DNA from: a virus
Lineage: Duplodnaviria; Heunggongvirae; Uroviricota; Caudoviricetes
DNA length: 48,520 nucleotides
IMG/VR virus record: IMGVR_UViG_2711768004_000012
Direction: 5' to 3' (one strand)
Shown: positions 10,347 to 20,538 of the stretch, in pieces
Layout of the letters: each line of letters begins with the position of its first letter
Position numbering within the stretch: the first letter of the stretch is position 1
The notes under the pieces: generated by a model
The model's input: only the letters and a program-made list of their open reading frames with translations
Database searches by the model: none
What the model was told of the DNA's origin: nothing
Made by a program: the position numbers and the translations under genes

Positions 10347-13300
10347 TTAACATTCCCCCATCACGTCGCATATTTAACAGATTGCCCTGCACCCGCTGAT
10401 CAACCATCCCCATAAGTGCTTTTATTGCCTGAGGGCCAATCTCTCCATTCTGGCCGTCATTTTGAATAGTGATTTGGTATACAGGGGCATAGGTAATATC
10501 TCCGCCTCCATTACCACTTTTACTATTAATAGCTCTGACACCAAGAGAACCATCGGAAGTTCGTGTTAATGGCATAATGGCTTCCGGTCCAGCCTCACCA
10601 AAAACACCAGCCCCTTTTGCAAAAGCAAAAAATTGCGGGGAATCATAAATACCGTTCGAATACGTGCTCAATGACGGAGACTCATAAACACCGCCCTTTG
10701 CATTCGGAATAAATTTACTAATAGCACTCCCGATAGTTCCTAAAATCCCCCCAGAAGAACTGTTACTAATGCTGTCGAAAATCCCAGTAATTGAAGCCTT
10801 TAATGCTATTCGACTAAGATCCGAAATCACGGAAGTAGCGAAAGAACGAAAATTTGCCTTGCCTGTCGTGACAAAATCACCCAGCGCATCGGTCATCCCA
10901 TCAAACATCTGAGTCGTGGTTGATTTTATCTGCTCACTGATATCCTTAGTGTCATCCAGCCAGTTATTGAATCCCTGGGAGGCACCACTAACCCAGTCTC
11001 CTGCCTGAATATCGAGCTGCTCGTTTTTCTGTCTGACAATTTCTTTTTCCCGTTCCAGAGCATCATTCAGAGCCTGCATTTTCTCTTGAAAAACATGATC
11101 TGACATTCCACGGGATTTATCTGCATAGTCACGTTCAAGTTGCAGACGCTGATTGTTATATCCATGTTCAATCCGCAGTAATTCCTGCTGGCGTTGCTGA
11201 TTTTTATCGCCAACCCCATAACCAGCAATCTGAATATCATACCCCTGCTGACGATTATCAATCGAAGCCTGCAATGAATCACGCCATGCTGTTATTTCGG
11301 CGGATTCCTTGATTAGCCTGTTATTTTTTTCAATCGCAACATTTTTCTCCATCAACGTGGTTATTTCTTCCCGGTGTAAGAGAAGCGATTTCTGATCCTG
11401 GGTTAATTTCGATGATGGTCGTGACTCTAGGTCGGCAATCCGCTGACGCCACTTAACCAGTTCCTGTTCAGAGGAACTTAATTTAACGGTCAACTCAGCT
11501 TGTGAACTTAGTAACGCATTCTGTTGATTCAGATGATCAATCATTCGTTGGGCTGCATCATCAGAATAACCTTTCGCCTTTGGTTGCTTTGGATCTTTAT
11601 AACGCTCATTTATTTGAGCGATAAGATTATTATATTCTTCCTTTGAATACTGATTCTTTAGCTTTTCCAGTTTTGCAAGTTCACTAGCTCTCTGCTGCTC
11701 CCGGGTCTGATATTGTTTTGAAAAGGCATCTGCTCTCTGTCTGAGTTCAATTCCTTCCTGTTGTCGCTTGTTGTAATCGTTTATTGATGAATTTAGTACG
11801 TCCTGAGCAATTTTTTCTGCTTGAAGTACGCCCAATTGCTGCTTTAATCGTGCCAGCCTTTTATTTTGAGCTCCGCCATCTCCAATGCCACCTAACCCGA
11901 AAACTCCGGGTCGGGTATTTTTTTCTATTTCATCAATTTGACGGAGAACATCTGAGATTTTTTGATCAAGGGAGGCCTCACGGCCAATATCCAGCATGGA
12001 ATCCCATGCCCATTTTGCGGAGTCTGCGACAGCTTTCCATGCAGTCTCAAGATAACCAAGATTTTCTTTAATCTGGTTGGTGCGCTGGATCATTGAGGAT
12101 GAGTATTCTTCTGTCGCAATGCGGGCGGCCTCCTGCTGGTTCCCTTCATCCTGTAGCGCCTTAATCTGGTTATAAGTCGCAAGTGTCAGAAAATGGTACT
12201 GATCATTAAGTTTTGATATGGCACTGACAGGATCCTTTGCAATTTCATTGAAGTCATTAACCAGTTGTTCGGTTGATATTCCTGTTACTTCGCTCGTTTT
12301 TACTATCGCTGTCGTCACTTGCTCCAGCGAACTGCTCGCTACCTTTCCCGAACGCACAAGCTGATTTAATACTGCCGCCGCAGCACCAGTTGTCGAATCA
12401 GCCGCATTCCCGGCACGTTGAGCTATATCGCCCAATTGCCCGCTGGTTGTCCCCAACTGATTTCCGGTAAGAATAAGAGATTTATTAAATTCGTCCTGCT
12501 CCTGAGAGCCTTTATAGTAAGCCAGTCCTAAGACCCCAACGGCTGCTGCGGCCAGGGTAAAAGGATTAATTAATCCCAGCACATAAGAACCTACACCTTT
12601 GATCGCCGGGCCAATCCCACCGAACATATCTTTTAGCTGGCCGCCCTGCTGCATTAACACCATAAATGGCGACTGACCAGTGGACAACCCAACAACAATA
12701 TCCGTCATTTGTACAGGCAACATGCGCATAGCAAAAGCCGTTTGTTTTGCCGACATTCCGGTTTTGCTTAATTGTGATTGAGTAACCTCAAGCTCACTCC
12801 GCATAGCACGAAGTTTTCCAGAAAGCTCCTCATACATTTCAGGAGAAAGCATCCCCTTAGCTTTTGCTTCATTGAGCTGTTTCTGTTGTTCTACCAGACG
12901 ATTAAAAGCAGTTCCGACAGGATCAAGTTGAGCAATCAGACGTTGCAAAGCAACAACCTGTTCATCATGCGCTTTTGCTGCTTCTCGCTCTGCCTGAGCC
13001 TCTCCGGTAAGCTCTCGCCGTGTTTCCTGTATTTTTCGGCTATAATTCTCAAACTGAGAACCATTTATTTTCCCGGATGCAAACGCAGCATTAAGTTCAT
13101 CATGCTGTTGTTCAAGATTTCTTAGCGCCGCAGCCAGAGGGTCGATCTTGTCCAGCATTCTTTGAAAGGCCTGAGCCTGCGCTTCCTGCTGGGCGGCAGC
13201 AAGTTTTCCGGCCTTCTCGGCTTCTCTCTGCGCTTGCGCAACCCCGCTCAATTCCTCTGTGGTTTCATTAAGTTTACGGACAAGAAATTCATATTCTTCT

Positions 13301-13572
13301 TTATCAATAAGCCCTTTATCGAAAAATTTCTTTAATTCAGAATAGCGTCGACCGACAGTATCAATTGCGGCACCAACTGGATCAATAGCTGCTTTTAATT
13401 TTGCGAGCGCGTTCTTCTCATCTTCTGTTGCCTTAGTCACTTTCCCTGCGCTATTTGCAGCAGTTTCCCCAGCCTGCGTCATTTTGACTAATGAGGAGGT
13501 CAGATTGTCAGCATTATTTTTCGCTCCAGTGCTATCAATAATTATTGCGAGACGCGAGGTTTGCTCTGCCAT
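10339..13572 (-). CDS. Tail tape measure protein
   Basis: 1077 aa ORF, coiled-coil-rich (repeated E/K/Q/L heptad-like stretches) with a Gly-rich hydrophobic central segment; located between the chaperone G/GT pair and M. Confidence 0.85.
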   Translation of the reverse strand: MAEQTSRLAIIIDSTGAKNNADNLTSSLVKMTQAGETAANSAGKVTKATEDEKNALAKLKAAIDPVGAAIDTVGRRYSELKKFFDKGLIDKEEYEFLVRKLNETTEELSGVAQAQREAEKAGKLAAAQQEAQAQAFQRMLDKIDPLAAALRNLEQQHDELNAAFASGKINGSQFENYSRKIQETRRELTGEAQAEREAAKAHDEQVVALQRLIAQLDPVGTAFNRLVEQQKQLNEAKAKGMLSPEMYEELSGKLRAMRSELEVTQSQLSKTGMSAKQTAFAMRMLPVQMTDIVVGLSTGQSPFMVLMQQGGQLKDMFGGIGPAIKGVGSYVLGLINPFTLAAAAVGVLGLAYYKGSQEQDEFNKSLILTGNQLGTTSGQLGDIAQRAGNAADSTTGAAAAVLNQLVRSGKVASSSLEQVTTAIVKTSEVTGISTEQLVNDFNEIAKDPVSAISKLNDQYHFLTLATYNQIKALQDEGNQQEAARIATEEYSSSMIQRTNQIKENLGYLETAWKAVADSAKWAWDSMLDIGREASLDQKISDVLRQIDEIEKNTRPGVFGLGGIGDGGAQNKRLARLKQQLGVLQAEKIAQDVLNSSINDYNKRQQEGIELRQRADAFSKQYQTREQQRASELAKLEKLKNQYSKEEYNNLIAQINERYKDPKQPKAKGYSDDAAQRMIDHLNQQNALLSSQAELTVKLSSSEQELVKWRQRIADLESRPSSKLTQDQKSLLLHREEITTLMEKNVAIEKNNRLIKESAEITAWRDSLQASIDNRQQGYDIQIAGYGVGDKNQQRQQELLRIEHGYNNQRLQLERDYADKSRGMSDHVFQEKMQALNDALEREKEIVRQKNEQLDIQAGDWVSGASQGFNNWLDDTKDISEQIKSTTTQMFDGMTDALGDFVTTGKANFRSFATSVISDLSRIALKASITGIFDSISNSSSGGILGTIGSAISKFIPNAKGGVYESPSLSTYSNGIYDSPQFFAFAKGAGVFGEAGPEAIMPLTRTSDGSLGVRAINSKSGNGGGDITYAPVYQITIQNDGQNGEIGPQAIKALMGMVDQRVQGNLLNMRRDGGMLSG

Positions 13573-13737
13573 TTATTAAAACTCCTGACAACAAAAAACC
13601 CACCGCGAAGTGGGTTTCAGGCGACATAATAGTAGATATAGCGATTACGAGGCCACGCAATGCTTTTCTCCAGGAGCATCATCGATTTAATTAAAGACAC
13701 CATCACATCTCTGTAACAGAGTGTACGTAATTAACAA

Positions 13738-14507
13738 CTACACACACTGCTCCTGAAAATACTGGTCATCCAGTGCAAAGATCACTGCTTCAAATTCATC
13801 GCGCTCAATCAATACCGGATGAGTGGCTAAATATTCATTTATCTCTGTCAGAGATAAAGGCAAAGGCACCCCAGCCATTCCAGCATAACGTCGGGCACGG
13901 GATATTACCGAATAGGCGTACAACAACTCCTTAAGCACCGGGTCTATTTCTGGTTCCGGTATCGGTGGCAACCTGAGTTTTTCTCGCTTCCATCTTGCCT
14001 TTTCCCCCCTTTCTCCCCCGAACTCCGATAACCACCGCTGGGCAGCTATGGCTTTTTTATCGTATCCTGCTTCTGCTGCTCTTTACCCTGGGCGATGCTG
14101 GCTGCTTCTGCAAGGATCTGCCAGTACAACTCTGGATTCTGCTTAAGCAGCGCGATCCCTCGTTCTGCCGTATATTCCAGTGCAACCTCAACACCATTAA
14201 CCAGTTCACCAACCCCTTTCCAGTCTTTCAGCAGATAACGAGCGGCATTATCAATGAGTAAATCATCAACAGAATCCACCTCGGAAACCTTTGAAATATC
14301 AAACTCCTTCGTTCCGACGTGCAAACTGGCATCCATTTTCTCAATGTGGCGACGGATTAATGCATTACGGGAGCGATACTGATCGTTATCGCTGCTTGCC
14401 ACCAACAGTTTTAACCCGTCTACAGGTTTTAAGTCCTTCATTGGCGTAAACCAGCGTTCTCCACCAATGATAATTTTCTGATTAAGAATAAACATCCATA
14501 ACCTCAT
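13738..14507 (-). CDS. Tail assembly chaperone G-T fusion, made by programmed -1 frameshift at 14052-14058
   Basis: The -1 frame after the AAAAAAG heptamer continues open for about 100 codons (AIAAQRWLSEFGGERG...) to a stop at 13738; the downstream ORF lacks its own ATG; position immediately upstream of the tape measure gene. Confidence 0.65.
14046..14507 (-). CDS. Tail assembly chaperone (G-like, zero-frame product)
   Basis: 153 aa acidic ORF directly upstream of the tape measure gene, ending ...QDTIKKP with the slippery heptamer A_AAA_AAG spanning the last codons. Confidence 0.7.
   Translation of the reverse strand: MRLWMFILNQKIIIGGERWFTPMKDLKPVDGLKLLVASSDNDQYRSRNALIRRHIEKMDASLHVGTKEFDISKVSEVDSVDDLLIDNAARYLLKDWKGVGELVNGVEVALEYTAERGIALLKQNPELYWQILAEAASIAQGKEQQKQDTIKKP
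14052..14058 (-). other. Slippery heptamer A_AAA_AAG (programmed -1 ribosomal frameshift site)
   Basis: Plus-strand cttttttat; on the coding strand ATA AAA AAG CCA TAG, the same heptamer class as E. coli dnaX. Confidence 0.65.
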
Positions 14508-14555
14508 TCAATGCGTCCCCCTGTAGGGCAGTACCACAGGAGGAATAACGGAAAA

Positions 14556-15518
14556 TCAACTAATCGCCTCAGCACTGGCTTTTGCGATCACGGCAGCCGG
14601 GGAATTTTTTTTTCTGGTTATCGTAGGTGCTTCATCTGCTGCGGTAATGCTCAATTGAACCTGGATAATGTCGCTATTACCCCCATCAGGCCATTCACCT
14701 GACACCTGAACCTTCGGGAAACTGAAAGTGTATGCCCCCTCTCCATTCGAAAGCGTGAAGCTGAACGGAACTGTTTCTCCAGTCAGTGTTTTACTCCAGA
14801 TTTCCCACGCGGCTTTAGACCATGAAAGCGTCACCGTACCGGACGGTGTAAAAGTAGTCGGAATATTTGCTCCTGCATAAGGCGAGCCAGTCCCGATACA
14901 ACGCTGTGTCTGGAGTTTGTTATCGAACTGAATATCAAAACTGTCGATACAAAAACCGTTACCTCCGGCAACACCATTCAGGCTTACTGCTGAAACCTCC
15001 TTAAACGAATAACGTAGCTTTCCTGCACTATCCACAGGTTCGCCTTTGATAAAATTCGTATCATCGGCCTTTGATTCCCAGTCCAGTCCGGCAAAGGTTA
15101 CGGTCGCTGTAATATCGCCGTCGTTAGGGATCTGCATTTTCCATGAGCCAACCTGCGCTCCTCTGACGACAGAGGCAATTCCGACATCGGACGCATAGGT
15201 CGCCAGAGAAAATGTTATTCGCTCATTCCCCATTGTCAGAGAATCGCCTGACCATTCCGCGCCGAAACAGGATGCAAGAAAATCATCATGTTGACCCCAG
15301 CGAAATTTGGTACCAACATCACCGCCGACATCCACAGTGCCAGGCGTCGCCCCCTGAGCCATCCGGGAGCCACCAATCTCATTATTTTCGCCTTTATTCT
15401 GGGTGGGTTTTACTCCCCAGCTTGTGCGTTTTAATAAACTCCAGTCACCACTTGCTGGCGTAGTGCCTGCAACCGTCTCCCGGATAAATGCCGAGATAAC
15501 CTTTGCACCTGAACTCAC
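14556..15518 (-). CDS. Major tail (tube) protein
   Basis: 320 aa ORF between head-tail joining genes and the chaperone pair; Gly/Thr/Ser-rich beta-type composition typical of tail tube proteins. Call is by position and composition. Confidence 0.6.
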   Translation of the reverse strand: MSSGAKVISAFIRETVAGTTPASGDWSLLKRTSWGVKPTQNKGENNEIGGSRMAQGATPGTVDVGGDVGTKFRWGQHDDFLASCFGAEWSGDSLTMGNERITFSLATYASDVGIASVVRGAQVGSWKMQIPNDGDITATVTFAGLDWESKADDTNFIKGEPVDSAGKLRYSFKEVSAVSLNGVAGGNGFCIDSFDIQFDNKLQTQRCIGTGSPYAGANIPTTFTPSGTVTLSWSKAAWEIWSKTLTGETVPFSFTLSNGEGAYTFSFPKVQVSGEWPDGGNSDIIQVQLSITAADEAPTITRKKNSPAAVIAKASAEAIS

Positions 15519-15544
15519 AGGAGCCTCCTATGTCATTAATTGCG

Positions 15545-15937
15545 CTAGAGCGCGCGATATGGAATTTGAAGATTAAGCTGGAACCAGCCATTCTTTTCGC
15601 CAACGGCTATTGAGGAAACAGCCTGGTAACTGAGACGATCGTCATCCTGAAACTCAAACAGTTCCCGCAATTTATCGGCTGTCTCAGTAATGAGTTTTGA
15701 ACCAGAACCTGCGGGGACAAATAACTGAATAATGATTATCCCCGTGCGATAAACAACCGGCCCCGCGCCAATTTCATTAACTCCAGCCTGCCCGGGAATA
15801 TTACTTAACCGCGCCCAGATTAACTTACCGGAAGGATCGAACGTTGGCCCGTTCGGATACAATACGTCTTTTCCATCAATAATCGTCTGTGCCGTCATTC
15901 TGGAAATAACCGTATTTCTGATTTCAGTAAACTTCAT
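15545..15937 (-). CDS. Tail terminator / tail completion protein (by position)
   Basis: 130 aa ORF immediately upstream of the major tail gene. Confidence 0.45.
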   Translation of the reverse strand: MKFTEIRNTVISRMTAQTIIDGKDVLYPNGPTFDPSGKLIWARLSNIPGQAGVNEIGAGPVVYRTGIIIIQLFVPAGSGSKLITETADKLRELFEFQDDDRLSYQAVSSIAVGEKNGWFQLNLQIPYRAL

Positions 15938-16314
15938 TTGTAAGCCTGTAAAACACCATGAAAAGCGTTGGCATACACGCCAGTTGGCGCTTGTTGTGAA
16001 TGACCGTTTTCAAGAGCCTCTGCATAAGGAAGGTTATTCTGGATATAAATAACCCCGTAATTTGCAGCTTTCGAAATAACCCCGATCCCACGCTGAACAG
16101 CAATCGTACCGTTCGGATCCACGTTATCAGATATACCAAAATCGGGATGCTGTAACGACACCAGGTTGTTATTTCTGAAACGTCCGGTATCAACCGGAGC
16201 AGCAATATCAATAGCAGTAAGAATCTGCATAGCGATGTAGCGAATCTTCAGCCCTACATCTTCCTCAATCATCCCGGCAAATATTGACGGTTCTATATCC
16301 CATGCCTTTGCCAT
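15934..16314 (-). CDS. Head-tail joining protein (HK97 gp10-like, by position)
   Basis: 126 aa ORF in the connector gene block; ATGA-type coupling with neighbours. Confidence 0.45.
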   Translation of the reverse strand: MAKAWDIEPSIFAGMIEEDVGLKIRYIAMQILTAIDIAAPVDTGRFRNNNLVSLQHPDFGISDNVDPNGTIAVQRGIGVISKAANYGVIYIQNNLPYAEALENGHSQQAPTGVYANAFHGVLQAYK

Positions 16315-16698
16315 TTACGCTCTCCTTAACTGGATAGAGTAAACTGATGCGGAAGGATCTACACTTGCTGTAATTACCTCGTATCGTTGTAACTGCCTTG
16401 ATACAGGATCATAAATCTCAATAATATGGTCGACAGCTGGTTTATCCGTAACCTCGCATACCAGAGCGGTTAATTTAAGGTCACCATGCAAAATATTAAT
16501 CCCATCAATTCTGCCCAGCTTATAACGTGTCAACACGCCTCGCCCGGTATAGATTGCGGTTGATTCGCCGCCAGTTTCCGTCACAGGATCCCAGTGCCGG
16601 TGCGTAACGTAAGAACCAGAAAAATCACTCACGGCGTCCGCTAAATCCTCATCAAAAGCAGCGGCAACCTCTGACTGAATCTCTTCACGAAGCCCCAT
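16315..16698 (-). CDS. Head closure / head-tail adaptor protein (by position)
   Basis: 127 aa ORF in the connector block between capsid and tail genes. Confidence 0.45.
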   Translation of the reverse strand: MGLREEIQSEVAAAFDEDLADAVSDFSGSYVTHRHWDPVTETGGESTAIYTGRGVLTRYKLGRIDGINILHGDLKLTALVCEVTDKPAVDHIIEIYDPVSRQLQRYEVITASVDPSASVYSIQLRRA

Positions 16699-17093
16699 TA
16701 TCCCCCCCTCACAACCCTGACTTGTGAGCGACTAAGTCCGTACGGTTTCAGCAGTGCTATCGCAAGCTGTAAATCGGGTTCAAGCAATGCAGTGCTGTTT
16801 GCTGGCAACTCAGAAAATGATTTCGATACACTGACCCCGTCAGCCGACACGGCTTTACTGATAACAACGCCAGAATCATTTTTCTGCTGAAACAACTTAC
16901 CGAATGAGGCAATTCTGGCTGCATATGCTCCCGCAAGTTTTACCTCTTCCGGAATACGGGATGGGTTAATTTTCAGGTTGAAGCCATTAAGCCAGGCATT
17001 AGCCATTAAAACAGCTTTATTTTTAGCGTTCTCACTCGTCCAGGCGTTCCCAAACGCATTATCAACGTCATCACAGGTCACGTAAGTGATCAT
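16698..17093 (-). CDS. Head-tail connector protein (by position)
   Basis: 131 aa ORF downstream of the capsid gene, overlapping the next gene by 1 nt. Confidence 0.45.
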   Translation of the reverse strand: MITYVTCDDVDNAFGNAWTSENAKNKAVLMANAWLNGFNLKINPSRIPEEVKLAGAYAARIASFGKLFQQKNDSGVVISKAVSADGVSVSKSFSELPANSTALLEPDLQLAIALLKPYGLSRSQVRVVRGG

Positions 17094-17096
17094 GTG

Positions 17097-17273
17097 TTAC
17101 TCCTGAGTTTTCCAGCCCATAGCCTTCCAGTTGTCAACTTCATCAGGATGAACATTAGCGATAGTTGGTGCGCCGGGAAACATCTGATAATCGGTCACCA
17201 TAACCACTAACTCAATTTGCGTTTTTTGTGCGGCTTCACGCTGTGCTCTTTGCTCTTTAGTTAATCCGGCCAT
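17097..17273 (-). CDS. Small hypothetical phage protein (58 aa) between capsid and connector genes
   Basis: ORF MAGLTKEQRAQREAAQKTQIELVVMVTDYQMFPGAPTIANVHPDEVDNWKAMGWKTQE read by hand from the minus strand; fills the gap in the operon; below the ORF-track size cut-off. Confidence 0.4.
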   Translation of the reverse strand: MAGLTKEQRAQREAAQKTQIELVVMVTDYQMFPGAPTIANVHPDEVDNWKAMGWKTQE

Positions 17274-17315
17274 ATGCCCCCCATTAAAAATGGGGCCGAA
17301 GCCCCGTTTGAATGT

Positions 17316-18455
17316 TTAACCAAGAATCAGACAACCATGTGCCGGCTTCACTGATGAAACACCCCATGCCAGTCCAACTTCATAGCGCACCTGGCGATAC
17401 TGACGATACAGTGCAATCTGGAACGTAATCCCTGAAATCGGGTCCGTAACATTCATTACATCATCAGCATTATCGCCACCTTCCGGCATTGCCGGAGTAC
17501 GGGATGCCAGCAGAAACGCGTTGCGATCAAACGCCATATTTGCAGTAAAGGCCCCAACAACTGTGATGGCAGTATCATCGGCCAGATCCTGACGCAGTCC
17601 GGGCGCTGCAAGAGTAATCAGATTGCTGGTCGCTGCTGCCACAACATACTGATTCGGATCACCAGCGAACGTAACAATCTGACCTGCAGAAATACTCCCC
17701 GAACCAGTATCAATGGAAATAAGAACATCGCCTTCTTTTTTCTCTCCATTCACGAGATAACCAGTTGCAGCAACCTTTGGCGCTCGTTTCACACCTGCCG
17801 AACTGTGAATATTGAATCCCTCCAGACGCCCCAACACGCCCTCACGCAGTAGCTGTTCAGTGCCGGATTCATTCACTTTAAACAATACAGACTGTTTTCC
17901 GCGCAAATTAGCAATGGCAGTGGAGCCAAGCACCATCTGCAGATCGGTTGTCGGTGCGCCGTTATCCTCCAGAACCTGACGAGCCAGAGCAGCATCAGAA
18001 AGATCATCTTTAACACCAAACGGCGTTGTCCCTGCGGTTCCCACGGCGCGGGAAGCACCGAAATACAACGCACCAAGATCAGCCTCAACCTCGTTTGCAA
18101 GGGCGCGAAAAGCCTGCTTGAACTGATCAGCCAGAATGGTGTTGTAAGTCCCTGAAGGGCCAAGAGCCAGTTGTTCTTCACCATTCCATTTAACCGGTGC
18201 CATTTTGGATTTAGTAATTTTTACATCAACAGTGCCAATATTTTGATCACCGGTATTCGGAGCTGACGGCCCCGGTACGATATCTTCGGTTTTCGCCTCA
18301 GGCGCAACTGGCGCGGTTACCGTCTGATCTTTTGCTGCGGCGTCAGCTTTTGCGTTTTTTGCTACCGCAGGGATAAAACCTACCTGCTCACGGGATACAA
18401 CATCCAGGGCGGTATAAATAGTCGGGATCAACCCGGTCAGGGTATTTCCAGCCAT
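17316..18455 (-). CDS. Major capsid protein (probable start at MAGNTLTG; ORF track extends to 18548)
   Basis: Large ORF downstream of the scaffold gene, Ala/Gly/Thr-rich as in capsid proteins. Assigned by position and composition. Confidence 0.65.
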   Translation of the reverse strand: MAGNTLTGLIPTIYTALDVVSREQVGFIPAVAKNAKADAAAKDQTVTAPVAPEAKTEDIVPGPSAPNTGDQNIGTVDVKITKSKMAPVKWNGEEQLALGPSGTYNTILADQFKQAFRALANEVEADLGALYFGASRAVGTAGTTPFGVKDDLSDAALARQVLEDNGAPTTDLQMVLGSTAIANLRGKQSVLFKVNESGTEQLLREGVLGRLEGFNIHSSAGVKRAPKVAATGYLVNGEKKEGDVLISIDTGSGSISAGQIVTFAGDPNQYVVAAATSNLITLAAPGLRQDLADDTAITVVGAFTANMAFDRNAFLLASRTPAMPEGGDNADDVMNVTDPISGITFQIALYRQYRQVRYEVGLAWGVSSVKPAHGCLILG

Positions 18456-18553
18456 AATTAAATATTCCTTAAAAATTTGCGTAATTGTGAATAGATGGAG
18501 TAATGAGCTATCCAGCCCTGACACCAGCTCCCATCCGGAAGCTGACAAATGTG

Positions 18554-19318
18554 TTAATCAACGATTGTGATACCGTCTTTCAATGCGTTTTGCTTACCTG
18601 CAACATCCAGTGCATCAAAAGCAGAGCGTTTCATCGTTTTCTGACCAATATCATGCTGTGTCGGACGGGAGCCGCCGCCATTGTTGCCACTGGCTTTCAG
18701 GATGTAGTCTTTCTGAGGGTAATTTTCGACAAGGAACTCCAGCGCCTCATCAAACTGCGCCAGTTCGCCAGGCTTCGCGCGGGAATAAATTTTGTTGCCG
18801 GAAGCGTCATAAGCAACGATCCTCCCTTCTTCCACTTTGAATGCCTGCCCGAAGCGGGCTTGTAATAAATCTGCCGGGATCGCAATTTTATCGGCAATAT
18901 ATTTTGAACCCGCAAAACTACCGCCAATCATAGAATCGTAAAGCTGCTTCTCCAGCATCTGAGAGCGTTGCTTTTCTTCATCTAATTGCTGCTGAAAATT
19001 TTTCGTAATTTCTGCCTTAACCTGGTCAACCTGTCCCGCATCGAGCAGCTTTTTCTGGTCGATTTTTGACAGCATTTCCAGTGCCTCGATCGCCTTCTTC
19101 GGGTCTTCGATAGCGGCAAACTTAGCCAGTTTTTCCTCTGCAGCTTCTTTAGCCAGGCGATGATTTTTTGCCTCGCCATTAAGCTCTGTAATTTTTTTTG
19201 TCGCCAGCGGTGCATCGAAGCCAATTTCTTTACCATCGTCGTGCACATAAACTGGCAGGCCAGCAGTATCAATTTCTGCGTATTGTTTTCCGTTAATCTC
19301 GACCGTTTTCAGTTTCAT
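18554..19318 (-). CDS. Capsid scaffolding protein (probable start MKLKTVEINGK)
   Basis: Highly charged, coiled-coil-like (EEKLAKFAAIEDPKKAIEALEMLSKIDQKKLLDAG...), between the head morphogenesis and capsid genes. Confidence 0.6.
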   Translation of the reverse strand: MKLKTVEINGKQYAEIDTAGLPVYVHDDGKEIGFDAPLATKKITELNGEAKNHRLAKEAAEEKLAKFAAIEDPKKAIEALEMLSKIDQKKLLDAGQVDQVKAEITKNFQQQLDEEKQRSQMLEKQLYDSMIGGSFAGSKYIADKIAIPADLLQARFGQAFKVEEGRIVAYDASGNKIYSRAKPGELAQFDEALEFLVENYPQKDYILKASGNNGGGSRPTQHDIGQKTMKRSAFDALDVAGKQNALKDGITIVD

Positions 19319-19422
19319 ATTAGTACCTGGTTTAAGTCTTCCGACAGTTACGCTGCTCACCATCCGGATCGCAGCAATAAAAAAGGCCACCCGAAGGTAG
19401 CCTGTTGTAATAAATGATTTAT

Positions 19423-20538
19423 TTAAATCCCTGCTTTTCTGAATACCTGTGCATCACGCTCACGGAGCTGCTTCAGCGTCAGCCATTCGCCTTTATCGGT
19501 GTAAAATTCATCTGGCGACATACCACCATCCCGAATCAGCTTTGCTCGGCTTTCCCCCACAATCTGTTTTTGTCTGGTGTAAGGCTGACGCAAAAACCAT
19601 TCCCTGTAGGTTGTATCTCCGGCCACCACGCCATCCATGCTGGCCCGCTCAGCCGGGGAAATATCGCGAACATCAATACCCAGTTCCTTCGCTGATTTCA
19701 GAATGAACGTTTCCGTTGAGCGGCAGCAGAAATGAATTTTTCCCGGCCCCTGCAAATAAGGCACGCTGTGACCTACAGGTTTATTATTCAGCGTATATTT
19801 GAGGCGATCCCTGATTCGACATTGTGGCGTAGTACGATTATCAAGCGTTGATAACCATTGCTTACCCTTAATCAAATCATTATTCGCGCTGGCAAAACTC
19901 TCACGGGCAGTAGCAGCAAGATGTCCAACCGCTGTTTTTGCAATGCTGGCCGCATTAGCCCGGCTCATCTGCAATGCACCATCCTGAAATCCCTTACTGA
20001 CATGTCCCCGAATTTTTCTTGCGATCTGCTCATTGGTATCCCCCAGCAAAAAACCCTGACGCACTGTATTTGTTATGCGTCTGAGCCGATCCGCCTCAAG
20101 ATCTGAGGCCCACTCACTGAGCAGTCGTCCCTGGAATGGTCGCGCCATTGCAGCGGCATAAAGTGCATCAGGAGAGATACCAACCAGAGGGTGAACATCA
20201 GCAACAAAATCAGGTAGCATAGAATCAAACAGACTTAACTGATAACCAGCCTCATAAATTGCCAGCTCGTTCAGCTCTCCGGAGAGACTGGTAAACATGC
20301 TGTTAATAGCAGTGCGGTTAACCTCTCTGACGCTCGCCAGAAGTGACTCCAGGCGCTTAACGGTAAAACTACCTGGATCGAGGCTGTCCAGTGCTATCAG
20401 CAGGCGAGCAGTAAGTTCCGCATCGCTGTCATTCAGTATTTTCACCATTCTGGCAGCCACGCCAGTGCTATAGCGGGATATCCAGACTGCATGAGCAATT
20501 GATTCATCACGCAGCCGTTCATTCACGGTTTGCATCAT
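19423..20538 (-). CDS. Head morphogenesis protein (SPP1 gp7 / Mu F-like)
   Basis: 371 aa ORF immediately downstream of, and overlapping, the portal gene; typical position of the minor head protein. Confidence 0.6.
   Translation of the reverse strand: MMQTVNERLRDESIAHAVWISRYSTGVAARMVKILNDSDAELTARLLIALDSLDPGSFTVKRLESLLASVREVNRTAINSMFTSLSGELNELAIYEAGYQLSLFDSMLPDFVADVHPLVGISPDALYAAAMARPFQGRLLSEWASDLEADRLRRITNTVRQGFLLGDTNEQIARKIRGHVSKGFQDGALQMSRANAASIAKTAVGHLAATARESFASANNDLIKGKQWLSTLDNRTTPQCRIRDRLKYTLNNKPVGHSVPYLQGPGKIHFCCRSTETFILKSAKELGIDVRDISPAERASMDGVVAGDTTYREWFLRQPYTRQKQIVGESRAKLIRDGGMSPDEFYTDKGEWLTLKQLRERDAQVFRKAGI

Noticed and set aside
18503-18865. 120-aa plus-strand ORF and neighbours overlapping the capsid/scaffold junction (18503-18865, 18583-18840, 18697-18927)
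   Set aside because: Antisense or alternative-frame overlaps of the scaffold gene without start context.
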